A DNA stretch of 43,095 nt from sequence record SRR20825006_1774. One strand, given 5' to 3'. Under the pieces are notes generated by a model that did not search any database, was not told where the DNA came from, and saw only the letters and a list, made by a program, of their open reading frames with translations. The position numbers and the translations under genes are program-made. Shown here one piece after another: positions 9,536 through 18,818 of the stretch. Each line of letters starts with the position of its first letter. Within the stretch, counting starts at the first letter, position 1.

Positions 9536-10686
9536 AGGTTTATTTTTTGGAATTGATTTGCTGTTGTATCGTGAATCGGTTCGGTTTTCTGCTTTAATGG
9601 TCGGGCATTTTTATTCTTCAATACACTTTGAATTTCTGCGAGAACGGACAATCCAATCTCTGCTGGTGTCTCCGCTCCGATTTCCAATCCTACGGGTGCG
9701 TGGATTTTGTTCAAATCATCTTTTGACACTTCGATGCAATCATCAGCCAACTCGTTGAGCATACGCTCATATTTTTTTAAAGGTCCAAGAATACCAATGT
9801 AAGGTATCTCGGTTTTGCCCAGCAATAGCTTCAAGACAGCCAAATCATAGTTATAATTGTGGCTCATCAGCACAAAACAGGTTCGCTGATAAATTTTGAT
9901 GTTTTGTAGTGTTTCTTCGGGTTTCGTGACAATCACTTGGCAAGACCCCACAAAACGTTCTTTGTTGGCGTGGGTGGGACGTCCGTCAGTTATGATTACC
10001 TTCCAACCCAACAATGCTGCTTGTTGAGCCAGAATCTGCGCATCGTTCCCTGCTCCCACTAAAATCAATTTGACTGGTGGTCGATGCCATTGTATAAATA
10101 CAAAGTGCGTTTCCGCGTTAGTTGTTAGCTCTGCAAAACAAGGTGCTTCATTACCAATAGTTTCTTTCCCTTTTAAAAATAATGCCTTCTGTAAATCTTC
10201 AGGGATTTGCTGTCCTAAAACAACCTGATTTTCATCAGACACTACAACCGTTCCTAGCTGTTTTTGGGTTTTATCCAAATCAAAAAGCACGGAAATGGCC
10301 ATCGGAACTTCCTGTTCGGCAACGGTTCTCAGCAGCTCACAGGGATTCTTCGCGTCAGTATAATCCATTGGCTCAAAAAGCACCTGAATGATGCCATTGC
10401 AGCCCAATTGTGCACCGATTACTGCATCATCCTCATCACTGGTATCGTAAGTAACCAGTTTATTTTCTTGACTATCCAAGGCAAAAAGTGCTTTTCGGAG
10501 CGCATCCCCTTCCAAACAACCTCCACTGATGGCACCTGTGATATTTCCATATTCGTCCACTAACATTCGCGCGCCTGCGCGGCGATACGATGAACCATCA
10601 ACGTGCACCACGGTGGCCAAAATACAGCGAATGTGCTGTGCTTTCAACTCTGAATAACGTGATATGATGACGTCCAACTCTCTCAT
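9532..10686 (-). CDS. xdhC: XdhC/CoxI family Moco chaperone
   Basis: GSSYRRAGARM, GAISGGCLE, LGCNG, YIGILGP and APVGLEIGAETPAEI motifs. Confidence 0.92.
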   Translation of the reverse strand: MRELDVIISRYSELKAQHIRCILATVVHVDGSSYRRAGARMLVDEYGNITGAISGGCLEGDALRKALFALDSQENKLVTYDTSDEDDAVIGAQLGCNGIIQVLFEPMDYTDAKNPCELLRTVAEQEVPMAISVLFDLDKTQKQLGTVVVSDENQVVLGQQIPEDLQKALFLKGKETIGNEAPCFAELTTNAETHFVFIQWHRPPVKLILVGAGNDAQILAQQAALLGWKVIITDGRPTHANKERFVGSCQVIVTKPEETLQNIKIYQRTCFVLMSHNYNYDLAVLKLLLGKTEIPYIGILGPLKKYERMLNELADDCIEVSKDDLNKIHAPVGLEIGAETPAEIGLSVLAEIQSVLKNKNARPLKQKTEPIHDTTANQFQKINL

Positions 10687-11837
10687 ACCAAATTGGTTTT
10701 TAGTTGGTTTACGGCTTTTTTTATTTCTGTAACGGCCTTCTCTATATCTTCGGAAGTAGTATTTCGACCTGTGCTGATCCGTAAACTGGCCAAAGCAACA
10801 TCATCTTCAATTCCCATCGCTTTTAACACGTGGGATGGATTGACTTGATTGGCGGTACAGGCAGAACCTCGGGATACAGCCAAATTATTTAAATAGCGAA
10901 GTAGCTTGGTGCCATCCACTCCTTTGAAGGATACATTTGTGGTATTGGGCAAACGCGCTTCATCGTGGGAATTGATGGTTGCCCCCTCTATGGTCAAGAG
11001 TTCTTGCTCCAATTGGTTTTGAAGACTTTTAAATTTTTGCTGATTTTCTTCCAAGCTATTTTGGGAAAGTTTGCAAGCCTCTCCAAAACCAACAATGCCA
11101 GGAACGTTCAAAGTACCTGGTCGGGCTCCTTTTTCGTGGCTTCCACCAAAAAGGTGTTTGTTGATGGAAATGTTATTGTTTTTATTTAAATAAAGTGCGC
11201 CAACACCTTTGGGTCCATAAAGTTTGTGTGAAGAGAAAACAGCGATATCAATTCCCAAATCCTGTACGTCTACTGGAACTTTCCCGACGGCTTGTGTGAT
11301 GTCCGACATCACGGGTACATTACTGGCATGTGCTGTTTCGGTTATTTTTTTTATCGGATGAATCAGACCTGTCTCGTTGTTGGCCAGCATTAAACACACC
11401 AAAATTGTGGAGGGCTTTATGGTATCCCCAAGCTCGTTCAAATCAATATTTCCTTGCCTGTCCACATCCAAATAGGTGACTTCAAAACCACCTGACTCCA
11501 ACGCTTCCAATGTATCGAGAACCGCTTTGTGCTCCGTTTTGCAAGAAATGATATGGTTTCCCTTGCCCCTGTTCTTTTTGCAAAATCCAAACAAAGCCAA
11601 ATTAGCGGCTTCTGTAGCACCCGAGGTGAAAGTGAGTTCCGTTGGTCTACAACTCACAAGCTTTGCCACCTGTTCTCGCGCCGTTTCCACAGCATCCTCG
11701 GCATACCACCCAAAAGAATGATCACTGCTGGCATTGCCAAAATGCTCGGTAAAATACGGCAGCATCGCCTCCACTACCTTTGGGTCAACAGGTGTGGTTG
11801 CATTATAATCCAAATATATTTTTCCGCTTAGTGACAA
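10683..11837 (-). CDS. Cysteine desulfurase (IscS/NifS class I), first gene of the Moco operon
   Basis: IYLDYNATTP, FTSGATE, SSHKLYGPKG (PLP Lys) and SRGSAC (catalytic Cys). TTG start. Confidence 0.93.
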   Translation of the reverse strand: MSLSGKIYLDYNATTPVDPKVVEAMLPYFTEHFGNASSDHSFGWYAEDAVETAREQVAKLVSCRPTELTFTSGATEAANLALFGFCKKNRGKGNHIISCKTEHKAVLDTLEALESGGFEVTYLDVDRQGNIDLNELGDTIKPSTILVCLMLANNETGLIHPIKKITETAHASNVPVMSDITQAVGKVPVDVQDLGIDIAVFSSHKLYGPKGVGALYLNKNNNISINKHLFGGSHEKGARPGTLNVPGIVGFGEACKLSQNSLEENQQKFKSLQNQLEQELLTIEGATINSHDEARLPNTTNVSFKGVDGTKLLRYLNNLAVSRGSACTANQVNPSHVLKAMGIEDDVALASLRISTGRNTTSEDIEKAVTEIKKAVNQLKTNLV

Positions 11838-11845
11838 ATTGCAAT

Positions 11846-11869
11846 CGTTATATTTGCGTGTGCATAACG
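11846..11869. promoter_or_regulatory. ModE box
   Basis: CGTTAT-atttgcgtgtgc-ATAACG: a 24-bp palindrome with the CGTTAT-N12-ATAACG geometry of ModE sites, just upstream of the Moco operon start codon. Confidence 0.75.
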
Positions 11870-11956
11870 CAATTTAATAAGAATGAATCAGTATTCAACT
11901 ATGTTTTTCAAACCATTTAGGAAATAAAATCGAAGAAAATTTTTGATGGCTACGTT

Positions 11957-11981
11957 ATTAATCGTAATATTGCAATGAATA
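11957..11981. promoter_or_regulatory. ArsR operator, copy 1
   Basis: attaATCGTAATATTGCAATgaata: imperfect palindrome 10 nt before the arsR ATG, repeated at 12336-12360. Confidence 0.7.
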
Positions 11982-11991
11982 AATCAAACTG

Positions 11992-12321
11992 ATGGGTCTT
12001 ACCAAAACAGAAATATTTACCGATAAGCAAAACCAGATTGCACAGTATGCAAAGGTTCTGGGCCACCCTGCACGCGTTGCCATTTTACAGTATTTATACA
12101 AATTGAATGCCTGTGTTTGTGGTGACTTGGTGGGTGAAATCGGTTTGGCTCAACCTACCATTTCCCAACACTTAAAGGAATTAAAACATTTGGGGCTGAT
12201 TAAGGGAAATGTTGAAGGCACCAGTGTTTGCTATTGTATTGATGCCGATAACTGGAAGAAAATGAAGACCGTTATGTCCGAGTTTTTGGACCAAGACCTC
12301 AATCAAAAAGATTGCTGCTAA
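11992..12321 (+). CDS. arsR: ArsR/SmtB family As-responsive repressor
   Basis: KVLGHPARVAIL, ACVCGDL, LAQPTISQHLKELK and C-terminal CC. Heads the operon containing acr3. Confidence 0.93.
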   Translation: MGLTKTEIFTDKQNQIAQYAKVLGHPARVAILQYLYKLNACVCGDLVGEIGLAQPTISQHLKELKHLGLIKGNVEGTSVCYCIDADNWKKMKTVMSEFLDQDLNQKDCC

Positions 12322-12335
12322 AAAAATTTGAACAC

Positions 12336-12360
12336 ATTAATCGTAATATTACAATAAATA
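12336..12360. promoter_or_regulatory. ArsR operator, copy 2
   Basis: attaATCGTAATATTACAATaaata: 23/25 identical to 11957-11981 with a near-perfect palindromic core. Confidence 0.7.
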
Positions 12361-12369
12361 GAGATAGTT

Positions 12370-12837
12370 ATGAAGTTAGACGATGTTAAATCAGCATTGA
12401 TCCAATTGGATACCATTGCGTTTCAATTGCCCAACGGGGAGTTGGTCCCCAATCATTTTCATGTGACCGAAGTCGGTAAAATCACAAAGCATTTTATTGA
12501 TTGTGGCGGTACCGTTCGCCATGAGGAAGTGGTCAACTTTCAGCTTTGGAACGCCAATGATTATGACCACAGACTTCATCCCGAAAAATTGGTGCACATT
12601 ATTGAACTGTCCCAAAAAACATTGGATATCGGCAATTTTGAGGTTGAAGTGGAGTATCAGGGACAGACCATTGAGAAGTTTGCCCTCGATTTTGATGGCA
12701 CCAACTTTCTGCTCACCACCAAGCAAACGGATTGTTTGGCGAAAGATAAATGCGGAGTCCCTGCGAAAAAACCAAAAGTAGAACTTTCCGAACTGCAAAG
12801 CTCAGCATGTTGCACGCCTGGTAGCGGCTGCTGTTAA
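12370..12837 (+). CDS. DUF6428-type ars-operon protein with Cys-rich tail
   Basis: VPNHFHVTEVG, FIDCGG, VEVEYQG, TDCLAKDKCG and C-terminal CCTPGSGCC. Confidence 0.75.
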   Translation: MKLDDVKSALIQLDTIAFQLPNGELVPNHFHVTEVGKITKHFIDCGGTVRHEEVVNFQLWNANDYDHRLHPEKLVHIIELSQKTLDIGNFEVEVEYQGQTIEKFALDFDGTNFLLTTKQTDCLAKDKCGVPAKKPKVELSELQSSACCTPGSGCC

Positions 12838-12853
12838 CCCAAATCTAGTTCTT

Positions 12854-13471
12854 ATGTCACATTATTCAGTGTTGAACGGTTTCATTTCCAATCTGGATGC
12901 AAAATCCATCACAACGGAGAGAAAGCAAACATTGTCCCCTCTTGTGGAGTATATTCAGGGAAAGATGGCTAAAAAAGAGCCGATTCGTCTCAATTTTATC
13001 TGTACACACAACTCTCGACGGAGCCATTTATCCCAAATTTGGGCACAAACCATGGCCCATCACTTTGGGGTCGGGAACGTGAGCTGCTATTCTGGAGGAA
13101 CGGAGGCCACTGCCCTATTTCCCATGGTAGCTTCAACTTTGGCGAACACTGGCTTTGAAGTGCGAATGCTTTCCGAAGGAAAAAACCCTGTGTACGGCAT
13201 CAAGTTTTCGGAAAATGAACATCCTGTTATCTGTTTTTCCAAACGAATGGATGATGATTTTAACCCAAAAACAGACTTTGCAGCCATCATGACCTGTTCA
13301 CAAGCCGATGAAGGTTGCCCCTTTGTGCCTGGTGCCGAGAAACGCATTCCGATCATGTACGAAGATCCAAAAGCATTTGATGACAAGCCTCAACAGGCAG
13401 AAAAATACAGCGAGCGAAGCAAGCAGATTGCCACCGAAATGTTGTATGTGTTTTCCCAAAATCAGAAGTAA
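12854..13471 (+). CDS. LMW protein-tyrosine-phosphatase-fold protein, probable arsenate reductase
   Basis: P-loop [10 protein letters not shown] (CX5R), [20 protein letters not shown] and YEDP. Lies within the ars operon. Confidence 0.8.
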   Translation: MSHYSVLNGFISNLDAKSITTERKQTLSPLVEYIQGKMAKKEPIRLNFICTHNSRRSHLSQIWAQTMAHHFGVGNVSCYSGGTEATALFPMVASTLANTGFEVRMLSEGKNPVYGIKFSENEHPVICFSKRMDDDFNPKTDFAAIMTCSQADEGCPFVPGAEKRIPIMYEDPKAFDDKPQQAEKYSERSKQIATEMLYVFSQNQK

Positions 13472-14529
13472 TGGCAAACAAGAAACTCAGTTTTTTAGAT
13501 AAAAATCTTACTCTTTGGATTTTTGTGGCCATGGCCGTCGGGGTCGGAATTTGTTACTTTTTTCCAAGTTTTCCCGATTTCGTCAATTCGTTCAGTAGCG
13601 GGACCACCAACATCCCTATTGCCATCGGGTTGATTTTGATGATGTATCCTCCCTTGGCAAAGGTCAGGTATTCCTTGCTTCCAAAAGTGTTCAAAAACAC
13701 CAAGATCCTGTCCATTTCCCTTGTCCTGAATTGGATTGTGGGACCAATTTTAATGTTTGTCCTTGCCATCATCTTTCTAAGGGACTACCCCGAATACATG
13801 GTAGGACTTATTTTGATTGGTTTGGCCCGCTGTATTGCCATGGTGCTTGTTTGGAACGATTTGGCCGAAGGCAGCAGTGAATATGGCGCTGGTTTAGTGG
13901 CCTTGAACAGTATTTTCCAAGTTTTTGCCTATAGTTTTTATGCGTGGTTGTTCATCACACTATTACCTCCCTATTTTGGGTTTGAAGGTGCCATTGTGGA
14001 CATTTCCATTGGGACGATTGCCGAGAGCGTGGCCATTTATCTTGGCATCCCTTTTTTGATGGGGATTTTGAGTCGTCAATTCCTGGTGAAACTAAAAGGC
14101 GAAGCTTGGTACACTGAAAAGTTTATTCCCGCTATTTCTCCCATGACCTTGATTGCCCTTTTGTTTACCATTGTGATCATGTTTTCCTTAAAAGGTGAGT
14201 TGATTGTGCAAATACCCATGGATGTCTTAATTATTGCAGTTCCCTTATTGATTTATTTCGCCTTGATGTTCATTATCGGTTTCTTCACTACAAAAGCGAT
14301 GGGCGCCGAGTATGACAAAACCACTTCTGTGGCCTTCACTGCGACAGGAAATAATTTTGAACTCGCCATTGCGGTTGCCATTGCAGTCTTCGGATTGAAC
14401 TCAGGTCAAGCTTTTGCAGGGGTTATCGGTCCTTTGGTGGAAGTGCCCGCGTTAATTTTATTGGTCAAAGTTTCATTTTGGCTAAGAAAAAAATATTTCA
14501 ATCCTAAAAAAGTAGGAGTCCAAGGTTAA
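13471..14529 (+). CDS. acr3: Arsenite efflux transporter, ACR3 family
   Basis: [33 protein letters not shown] and GPLVEVP motifs. Confidence 0.95.
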   Translation: MANKKLSFLDKNLTLWIFVAMAVGVGICYFFPSFPDFVNSFSSGTTNIPIAIGLILMMYPPLAKVRYSLLPKVFKNTKILSISLVLNWIVGPILMFVLAIIFLRDYPEYMVGLILIGLARCIAMVLVWNDLAEGSSEYGAGLVALNSIFQVFAYSFYAWLFITLLPPYFGFEGAIVDISIGTIAESVAIYLGIPFLMGILSRQFLVKLKGEAWYTEKFIPAISPMTLIALLFTIVIMFSLKGELIVQIPMDVLIIAVPLLIYFALMFIIGFFTTKAMGAEYDKTTSVAFTATGNNFELAIAVAIAVFGLNSGQAFAGVIGPLVEVPALILLVKVSFWLRKKYFNPKKVGVQG

Positions 14530-14602
14530 ATCACCATTTTAAAAATTCATGGAGTTTAGTAAATTCGACTGCACAAAAAATTTCAAACAAACTAAACTCA
14601 TT

Positions 14603-15550
14603 ATGACTAGAAGAATAGCTTTTCTTGGATTATTGGCATTACTACTGTCCTGCAATTCAAAAAAGGACGATGCCCAACGTGAACTTGGCTTGGTTTACAA
14701 TGTTTTAAGGGATTTTGACATTGAGAACTATGAGATTTTTTCAATGAACCTCGATGGGTCCGACAAAAAGAACATTACAGACCTATACCCAGTGGATTGG
14801 ACCTACTACTCTTATAAAGATACCTTGTATTTTATTTCGGATAGGGGTGCTTGCAAGCGCTGCTATTTTTTGTACAAGACCAATTTTGATGGGGAAAATG
14901 TGCAAAAAGTCAACAACTTGGAGCTGGCCGATAGTTGGATGAGCAGCAGAAAGGACGGCACCGAGCTTATCGTAAAGCCCAAGCTGATTACGGAATCAAC
15001 CTTTTATGTTCTAAACCAAAAAGGTGAAATTATAGATCGATTGGACACAAAACTTCCTTTTGCAGCGGACCCCTTGTTTGTAAATGATGGCAAACAGGTC
15101 GTTTTTAGGGGAGGAAAAACGGTCCGTAAAGAAATCAACGGCTTCGACGAAGAGCTTTACATTATTGATGCGGATGGCAAAAACCGAAAGCAACTTACCC
15201 ATTATCCCGAAAAGGATACAACAGCAGGTAAATATGAATACAGGGCGGGTGCCCCAAAACTCCATCCTACGGAAGACTTTGTTTCTTACCAAAGCAAGCA
15301 AAATGGAAAATACAGCTTATATGCCGTTAGCTTGGATGGAAGCAAAACTTGGAAACTAACGGAAAACGAGCAAAACGAAGGGTGGCACGATTGGAGTCCC
15401 GATGGCAAATTGCTGGCCATTGAACTTTTTGACGACGAACAATCGCAGTTTCATATTGGTTTAATGAATTGGGAAACGAAAGAGATGCAGATTTTGACCG
15501 ATGATACTTTTAAGTTTCAACAGGCTCCTAGCTTTATCTACAAAGATTAA
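14603..15550 (+). CDS. TolB-like/PD40 beta-propeller lipoprotein
   Basis: Lipobox LLLSC after the ATG at 14603. Repeats EIFSMNLDGS, ELYIIDADGKNRKQLT, LYAVSLDGS and WSPDGK. Confidence 0.75.
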   Translation: MTRRIAFLGLLALLLSCNSKKDDAQRELGLVYNVLRDFDIENYEIFSMNLDGSDKKNITDLYPVDWTYYSYKDTLYFISDRGACKRCYFLYKTNFDGENVQKVNNLELADSWMSSRKDGTELIVKPKLITESTFYVLNQKGEIIDRLDTKLPFAADPLFVNDGKQVVFRGGKTVRKEINGFDEELYIIDADGKNRKQLTHYPEKDTTAGKYEYRAGAPKLHPTEDFVSYQSKQNGKYSLYAVSLDGSKTWKLTENEQNEGWHDWSPDGKLLAIELFDDEQSQFHIGLMNWETKEMQILTDDTFKFQQAPSFIYKD

Positions 15551-15693
15551 ATTGTAGGCTCTACAAGTGCTCTTTATCGATAAAATTAATTTTTCTTGTC
15601 ATTGGAGTAGGGTTTATTCCGCTCAACTTGTTTATTGGGTAGAAATCGCACAGGGATAATTATGCCCTGAAAAATTTTAAAAACCCCCATACT

Positions 15694-16587
15694 ATGAGAA
15701 CAAAGATTTTTAGCAGTTTATTTGCCGTAATGACCTTATTTTTTGTAAGCTGCTCCGATGATGAAGGAAACGGAGGAAATCCACAAGGAACAGGCACACT
15801 TTCCGTGCAACTCACTGATGTCCCTTTTCCTTATGAATTAGTTGCAGAAGCAAACGTTACCGTTTATAAAGTAGAAGCTCGTCGTGTTTCCGAGGACGAC
15901 GATGATGATGCTCTTACAGTAAGCCCCTACATTACCTTGATGGAAGAAGAAATAGAAACAAACCTATTGGAACTGACCAATGGCCTGACTCTTCAATTGG
16001 CTGAAATTGAGGTTCCTGTTGGCACCTATGATCAGGTTCGCGTATACGTTAAGGGTGTAAATGTAGTTTTGACAGATGGAACTGTTTATGATCTAAAAGT
16101 CCCAAGTGGTGACTCATCTGGAATTAAAGTATTTATAGACCCAGGGATTACCGTAGTAGGCGGCCTATCTTCCGATTTGCTATTAGATTTTGATGTGAGC
16201 CGCTCATTTGTGGCGAAAGGCAATTTAGATGTAAACGGCTTCAACTTCAAACCTGTGATCAAGGCCAGTAATCTTTCCACTGCCGGTACACTTGCAGGAA
16301 ATGTAAGCACTATTGAAGAAGAAACTCAAATCGGCCTATTTGGCGCACAAGTTTCCGTATTTGCAGCGGACACGCTAAACACGACTTCATTTACTGATCC
16401 AGATGGTAATTATACCATTCTAGGTCTGGAAGCCGGCACCTATGAAGTGGTTTCCGAGTTTGAGGGCTTTATTGCAAGTGATACCTTAGAAGTACAAATA
16501 AATGCTGCGAACGTTACAACCCAAGATTTTATTCTTGAAGTAGATCCAGCAGCTACCGAAGAAGAAACAACAGAAGGCGGAAATTAA
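15694..16587 (+). CDS. DUF4382 lipoprotein with C-terminal carboxypeptidase-regulatory-like domain
   Basis: Lipobox FFVSC, LSVQLTDVP, LKVPSG..GIK, LLLDFDVSRS, FKPVIKA and TDPDGNYTILGLEAGTY. Confidence 0.8.
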   Translation: MRTKIFSSLFAVMTLFFVSCSDDEGNGGNPQGTGTLSVQLTDVPFPYELVAEANVTVYKVEARRVSEDDDDDALTVSPYITLMEEEIETNLLELTNGLTLQLAEIEVPVGTYDQVRVYVKGVNVVLTDGTVYDLKVPSGDSSGIKVFIDPGITVVGGLSSDLLLDFDVSRSFVAKGNLDVNGFNFKPVIKASNLSTAGTLAGNVSTIEEETQIGLFGAQVSVFAADTLNTTSFTDPDGNYTILGLEAGTYEVVSEFEGFIASDTLEVQINAANVTTQDFILEVDPAATEEETTEGGN

Positions 16588-16616
16588 TATCCCCGAACAC
16601 AAACAAATTAAAGAAG

Positions 16617-16645
16617 AAAAAGCCAGGATATATCCTGGCTTTTTT
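16617..16645. terminator. Bidirectional intrinsic terminator
   Basis: Perfect palindrome aaaaaGCCAGGATATATCCTGGCttttt between convergent genes. Confidence 0.85.
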
Positions 16646-16653
16646 GTTAGAAA

Positions 16654-17844
16654 TCATCTTTCTTTCATATAATTATCGACAAATTCGATTAAATCCTGTC
16701 CATGTAAGTTTTTTGCCAACACCCTACCCTCTGGGTCCAGTAAAAAATTGGCCGGAATAGTTTTTAACCGAAGTGCATCCATCAAGGGATTTTGGTCTCC
16801 CTGCAAATGTGAAGCGTGCAGCCAACGGTTGGCCCCATCTTTTTTTATGGCATTGTCCCAAGCTTTTCCGCTACTTTCCAAACCATATGCTATAATCTGA
16901 AAACCATCTGCGTTGTATTTTTCCCATAAGGGAACCAGAATCTTTCTATTTTCCAACCTACATGGCGCACACCATGATGCCCAAACATCCAATACCACCA
17001 ATCTTTGATTTTCAATCAATTCCCGTAACCGTACCGCTTCACCATCTTCCATTGGAAGCAGTAAATCAGGAACAAGGTCTCCTACCAAAATGGGTAAATT
17101 TTCCTTGTCGGCCATGGAAGCCAACTCTTTTGCCCAAGGATGCTCCGGGTGCCGTTTGTTCCATTTTTCGGATTGATCGTACAGCAATTCTGCAATACGC
17201 TCATAGTTTCCTTCAGGACTGGCCCAGCGCAGGGCTACCATAGCCGGGAGGAATTCTTCCGTGCCATTTGCAAAGTCCATCAATTGCTTTTGATACTGAT
17301 GGAGTTTCTTTTCCCGTTCCAATAAACCTTCATCTGAAGCTTCATTCTTTGATTGACCTTTCAAATGTTTTCGATAAGCCTCCAAACGTAAATCTCTTAA
17401 TGAAAGTATTTCGCTGTTGATGGGCGAAGGCTCTTCCAACGAAAAAGAGGCTTGAAATTGGGAGATATCAGCATTCACTCTGACGCTTTTCCCTGATTCA
17501 TACACAAACGGAAAGTAATTATCCGTTTCAGGATTTTCATTCAACAACTTATTCGGATACTTTTCTCCTTTACGCTGAACCACTATCTCCAACAATACCG
17601 GAGCTTTCAACTCAGGCGGTTTCTTAAACTCAAAGCTCCCAGCTTCATCAACTTGAGCCGAATCCAAAACCTTGCCAACAAAACTTTGCGCCACAGCATC
17701 AAATTTTTCGGGAATAACCAGGTATACCATAGGTTTCCAATCTTCACCACCCTCCAAATCCATGGTTCCGGATAACCATGTTTCCTTGGAGCAGGATTGC
17801 ATCAAAAAAAGGAAAAGCAAAGAGAATTTCAATAGGTTTTTCAT
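16654..17844 (-). CDS. TlpA-family thiol-disulfide oxidoreductase lipoprotein
   Basis: Start MKNLLKFSLLFLFLMQSC (lipobox), LDVWASWCAPCR (CxxC) and IPANFLLDPEG. Confidence 0.85.
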   Translation of the reverse strand: MKNLLKFSLLFLFLMQSCSKETWLSGTMDLEGGEDWKPMVYLVIPEKFDAVAQSFVGKVLDSAQVDEAGSFEFKKPPELKAPVLLEIVVQRKGEKYPNKLLNENPETDNYFPFVYESGKSVRVNADISQFQASFSLEEPSPINSEILSLRDLRLEAYRKHLKGQSKNEASDEGLLEREKKLHQYQKQLMDFANGTEEFLPAMVALRWASPEGNYERIAELLYDQSEKWNKRHPEHPWAKELASMADKENLPILVGDLVPDLLLPMEDGEAVRLRELIENQRLVVLDVWASWCAPCRLENRKILVPLWEKYNADGFQIIAYGLESSGKAWDNAIKKDGANRWLHASHLQGDQNPLMDALRLKTIPANFLLDPEGRVLAKNLHGQDLIEFVDNYMKER

Positions 17845-18000
17845 ATCAGTAAAATTAACCATTTCCTTAGATGGTTTTATGACCTCAATCAACCTTAAAT
17901 AAATTGAGTTCCATATCAATCCGCACATAATTATTGCCATTCAGTTATTTACAAAGATGTTTCCCGACCAAACCAATATCCAATTCAATCAATTAAAAAA

Positions 18001-18390
18001 ATGAATACAAGATCAATTGTAAATGCACTACTGAAAATTGTCCCCGCCGTAATTTTGTTACAGACCTTATTTTTTAAGTTTTCGGCAGCCCCCGAATCCG
18101 TATACATATTTAAACAGCTAAACATGGAGCCTTGGGGAAGAATAGGCTTGGGAATAATTGAATTGATCGTAGCGATTCTGATACTTGTTCCCAAAACAAC
18201 TTGGCTTGGGGCTTTGTTGGGTGTTGGAATTATGTTGGGAGCTATACTTTCACATCTCACCAAATTAGGGATAGTAGTTAGGAATGATGGTGGTTCTCTT
18301 TTTATTTTAGCTCTGGTTACCTTACTATTCTGCCTGATTTTAGCTTGGCAACGGCGTTCCAACATACCATTTGTCAAAAATTTGTTCTGA
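18001..18390 (+). CDS. DoxX-family membrane protein
   Basis: ILLQTLFFKFSAAPESVYIF..EPWGRIG..GAILSHLT, four hydrophobic helices. Confidence 0.8.
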   Translation: MNTRSIVNALLKIVPAVILLQTLFFKFSAAPESVYIFKQLNMEPWGRIGLGIIELIVAILILVPKTTWLGALLGVGIMLGAILSHLTKLGIVVRNDGGSLFILALVTLLFCLILAWQRRSNIPFVKNLF

Positions 18391-18436
18391 ATTAAGTCCT
18401 ACCCTGTTCAATACAATCATATTTTTACTTCAAATT

Positions 18437-18793
18437 ATGAAAATGGACGAAAAAACATCCAACGAATTAACTTGGAGTGATTTTACCAAGGTAGAAATGC
18501 GGATTGGAACCATATTGGAAGCCGAAGTGTTTGAAGAAGTTAGAAACCCCGCCTATAAAATGATCATTGACTTTGGTGCTGTGGGCAAAAGAAAGACCTC
18601 TGCCCAAATCACAGATCTATACACTCCTGAAGAACTGATAGGAAAACAAGTTGTAGCTGTTGTCAACTTCCCTCCTAAGCAAATTGCCACCATGATGAGC
18701 GAATGTTTGGTTCTTGGAGGTATTGGCAAGAACAAAGAAATTACCCTGCTGCAACCGGAACGAAGTATTGAAAACGGCACCCGAATCGGATAG
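18437..18793 (+). CDS. csaA: CsaA/Trbp111-type tRNA-binding chaperone
   Basis: FTKVEMRIGTI, SAQIT, VVNFPPKQIA..SECLVLG and NGTRIG. Start at 18437 or 18443. Confidence 0.85.
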   Translation: MKMDEKTSNELTWSDFTKVEMRIGTILEAEVFEEVRNPAYKMIIDFGAVGKRKTSAQITDLYTPEELIGKQVVAVVNFPPKQIATMMSECLVLGGIGKNKEITLLQPERSIENGTRIG

Positions 18794-18818
18794 ACAACTA
18801 TTCAGCTAGTTCCCCTGT

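Noticed and set aside
15651-15669. Hairpin CAGGGATAATTATGCCCTG upstream of the DUF4382 gene
   Set aside because: Short, no plus-strand U-tract; at most a leader hairpin, with no supportable function.
17985-18377. 130-aa minus-strand ORF
   Set aside because: Antisense shadow of the DoxX gene.
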